Below, in pieces: positions 63,494-64,000 of a stretch of DNA of 64,000 bases. The notes under the pieces were generated by a model that ran no database searches, had not been told where the DNA came from, and saw only the letters and a list, made by a program, of their open reading frames with translations. Origin of the DNA: a bacterium. GTDB lineage: Bacteria > JAHJDO01. Position numbers and translations under genes: made by a program. How positions within the stretch are numbered: the first letter of the stretch is position 1; each line of letters starts with the position of its first letter. The DNA lies in assembly GCA_043824255.1 (NCBI GenBank), contig JBDRTG010000007.1:1641-65640 (forward strand), in the 5' to 3' direction.

Positions 63494-64000
63494 AATTAAT
63501 CTGTTTAATACTGCTGTTCACAGTTGTTGCAATTAACGTTGCCTTTGCCGATGCGGATCAGACCGATGAGCCATGGATGTTGATGACCGGCTACAGCACC
63601 ACGCATCCGGGACTCGGCAAAACTCGTGAACATGTTGAGACAGTGGATGTAATTCTGCGATATAGGCGAAAACTCAAAGATACTGGACGTGACTGGTACC
63701 GCGGGAGTCATAACTTCCTGATAGAACTACCTGTGTCTTATCTTATTAATTCTGATGACGGCCAGATTTTTGGCTTGAACTTTCTTTCATCCTGGACGCT
63801 GAAGACATCGCAAAGATACATGCCATATTTCTTTGTGGGCGGCGGTCCTGTCTATACGGAAGCGAACATACCCGGCATGGGCGCCAATATCTGCGGGAAC
63901 TATCAAGCGGGACTAGGGCTTAGTTACAAGACAAGAAAGGGCCGTTCATTTGTATTAGAATATAGATTTCATCACATATCCAACGCTGGCATGAAACAAC
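63490..64000 (+). CDS. PagL-like lipid A deacylase / acyloxyacyl hydrolase beta-barrel, 3' end cut by window edge
   Basis: This ORF is not in the ORF track because it runs off the edge. ATG 63490 forms an ATGA overlap. It has a signal peptide MKLICLILLFTVVAINVAFA, beta-barrel-like strands and RFHHISNAG (the PagL His-x-Ser motif). A spot count gives about 60% GC. Confidence 0.6.
   Translation, partial: MKLICLILLFTVVAINVAFADADQTDEPWMLMTGYSTTHPGLGKTREHVETVDVILRYRRKLKDTGRDWYRGSHNFLIELPVSYLINSDDGQIFGLNFLSSWTLKTSQRYMPYFFVGGGPVYTEANIPGMGANICGNYQAGLGLSYKTRKGRSFVLEYRFHHISNAGMKQ

Noticed and set aside
40337-64000. Calling the cluster a straightforward aryl-polyene (APE) cluster.
   Set aside because: The core vocabulary matches, but several things argue against a strict APE call. 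I see no chorismate-lyase or TAL gene for an aryl starter, no methyltransferase and no thioesterase. The ligase is PaaK-type. Three rSAM and two CrtI-like genes are present. I therefore left it as APE/ladderane-like with an unknown product.
40337-64000. Assigning the organism to anammox Planctomycetes and calling this a ladderane cluster.
   Set aside because: No anammox marker (hydrazine synthase and the like) is in the window. The gene-content similarity is from memory of the literature, not from a search. The one taxon-suggestive gene, the DUF1559 pseudopilin, occurs in several PVC and Omnitrophota lineages. The assignment is too speculative to assert.

Overview
This is a 64-kb window from an AT-rich diderm bacterium. 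Spot counts on single 60-nt lines give about 22-43% GC in the left 40 kb. No homology search was possible, so every call rests on motifs I recognise in the supplied translations and on reading the DNA directly. The taxon is not determinable. One DUF1559-type H-X9-DG pseudopilin hints at a PVC or Omnitrophota-like lineage, but that is weak evidence.

Bases 1-40,300 are mostly core and envelope genes:
- Left edge: a secretin truncated at the window edge, a stand-alone 5'-3' exonuclease, coaE, rho and a GT-C-like membrane enzyme.
- Translation and lipid A: nusA-infB-rbfA-nrnA-lpxK plus a GT4 glycosyltransferase, an ECF sigma/anti-sigma module and kdsB.
- Small operon: IclR, a QueG-like Fe-S protein and a U32-like protein.
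- Housekeeping: rpmB, recJ-rsmA-pdxA, a probable 6S RNA downstream of zapA, rplM-rpsI, tig-clpP without clpX, and three tRNAs.
- Energy and envelope: rnfCDGEAB, hldD, an O-antigen-ligase/TPR fusion, an ArnT-like GT-C enzyme, fba and a DegT-type aminotransferase.

Bases 40,337-64,000 hold a tightly packed lipid biosynthesis and export cluster of about 24 kb. It is of type II FAS/PKS style and largely translationally coupled.
- Biosynthetic core: a ketoreductase (KR), two complete ketosynthases (KS) plus a truncated CLF-like KS, an ACP, two hotdog dehydratases and a PaaK-like ligase.
- Anchoring and export: a PlsC-type acyltransferase, LolA-like, MMPL and lipoprotein export genes, GT2-DUF2062, and LpxL-like and PagL-like genes.
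- Unusual additions: three radical SAM enzymes (one rSAM/SPASM domain fused to a dehydratase, two B12-binding class B) and two CrtI-family flavoenzymes.
- Absent: any enoyl reductase, thioesterase or methyltransferase.

Its gene vocabulary is that of aryl-polyene clusters and of the proposed ladderane-type clusters. The combination seen here is my main candidate for a novel system.

The cluster is interrupted by a toxin-antitoxin-like nucleotidyltransferase module and by a Fic gene. Each has its own -10 box 6 nt upstream of its ATG. The right end of the cluster is compositionally foreign at 50-60% GC.

Two dispersed repeat families run through the window and repeatedly invade coding sequence. 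One is AT-rich with a 7-nt period. The other is a GC-rich palindrome.
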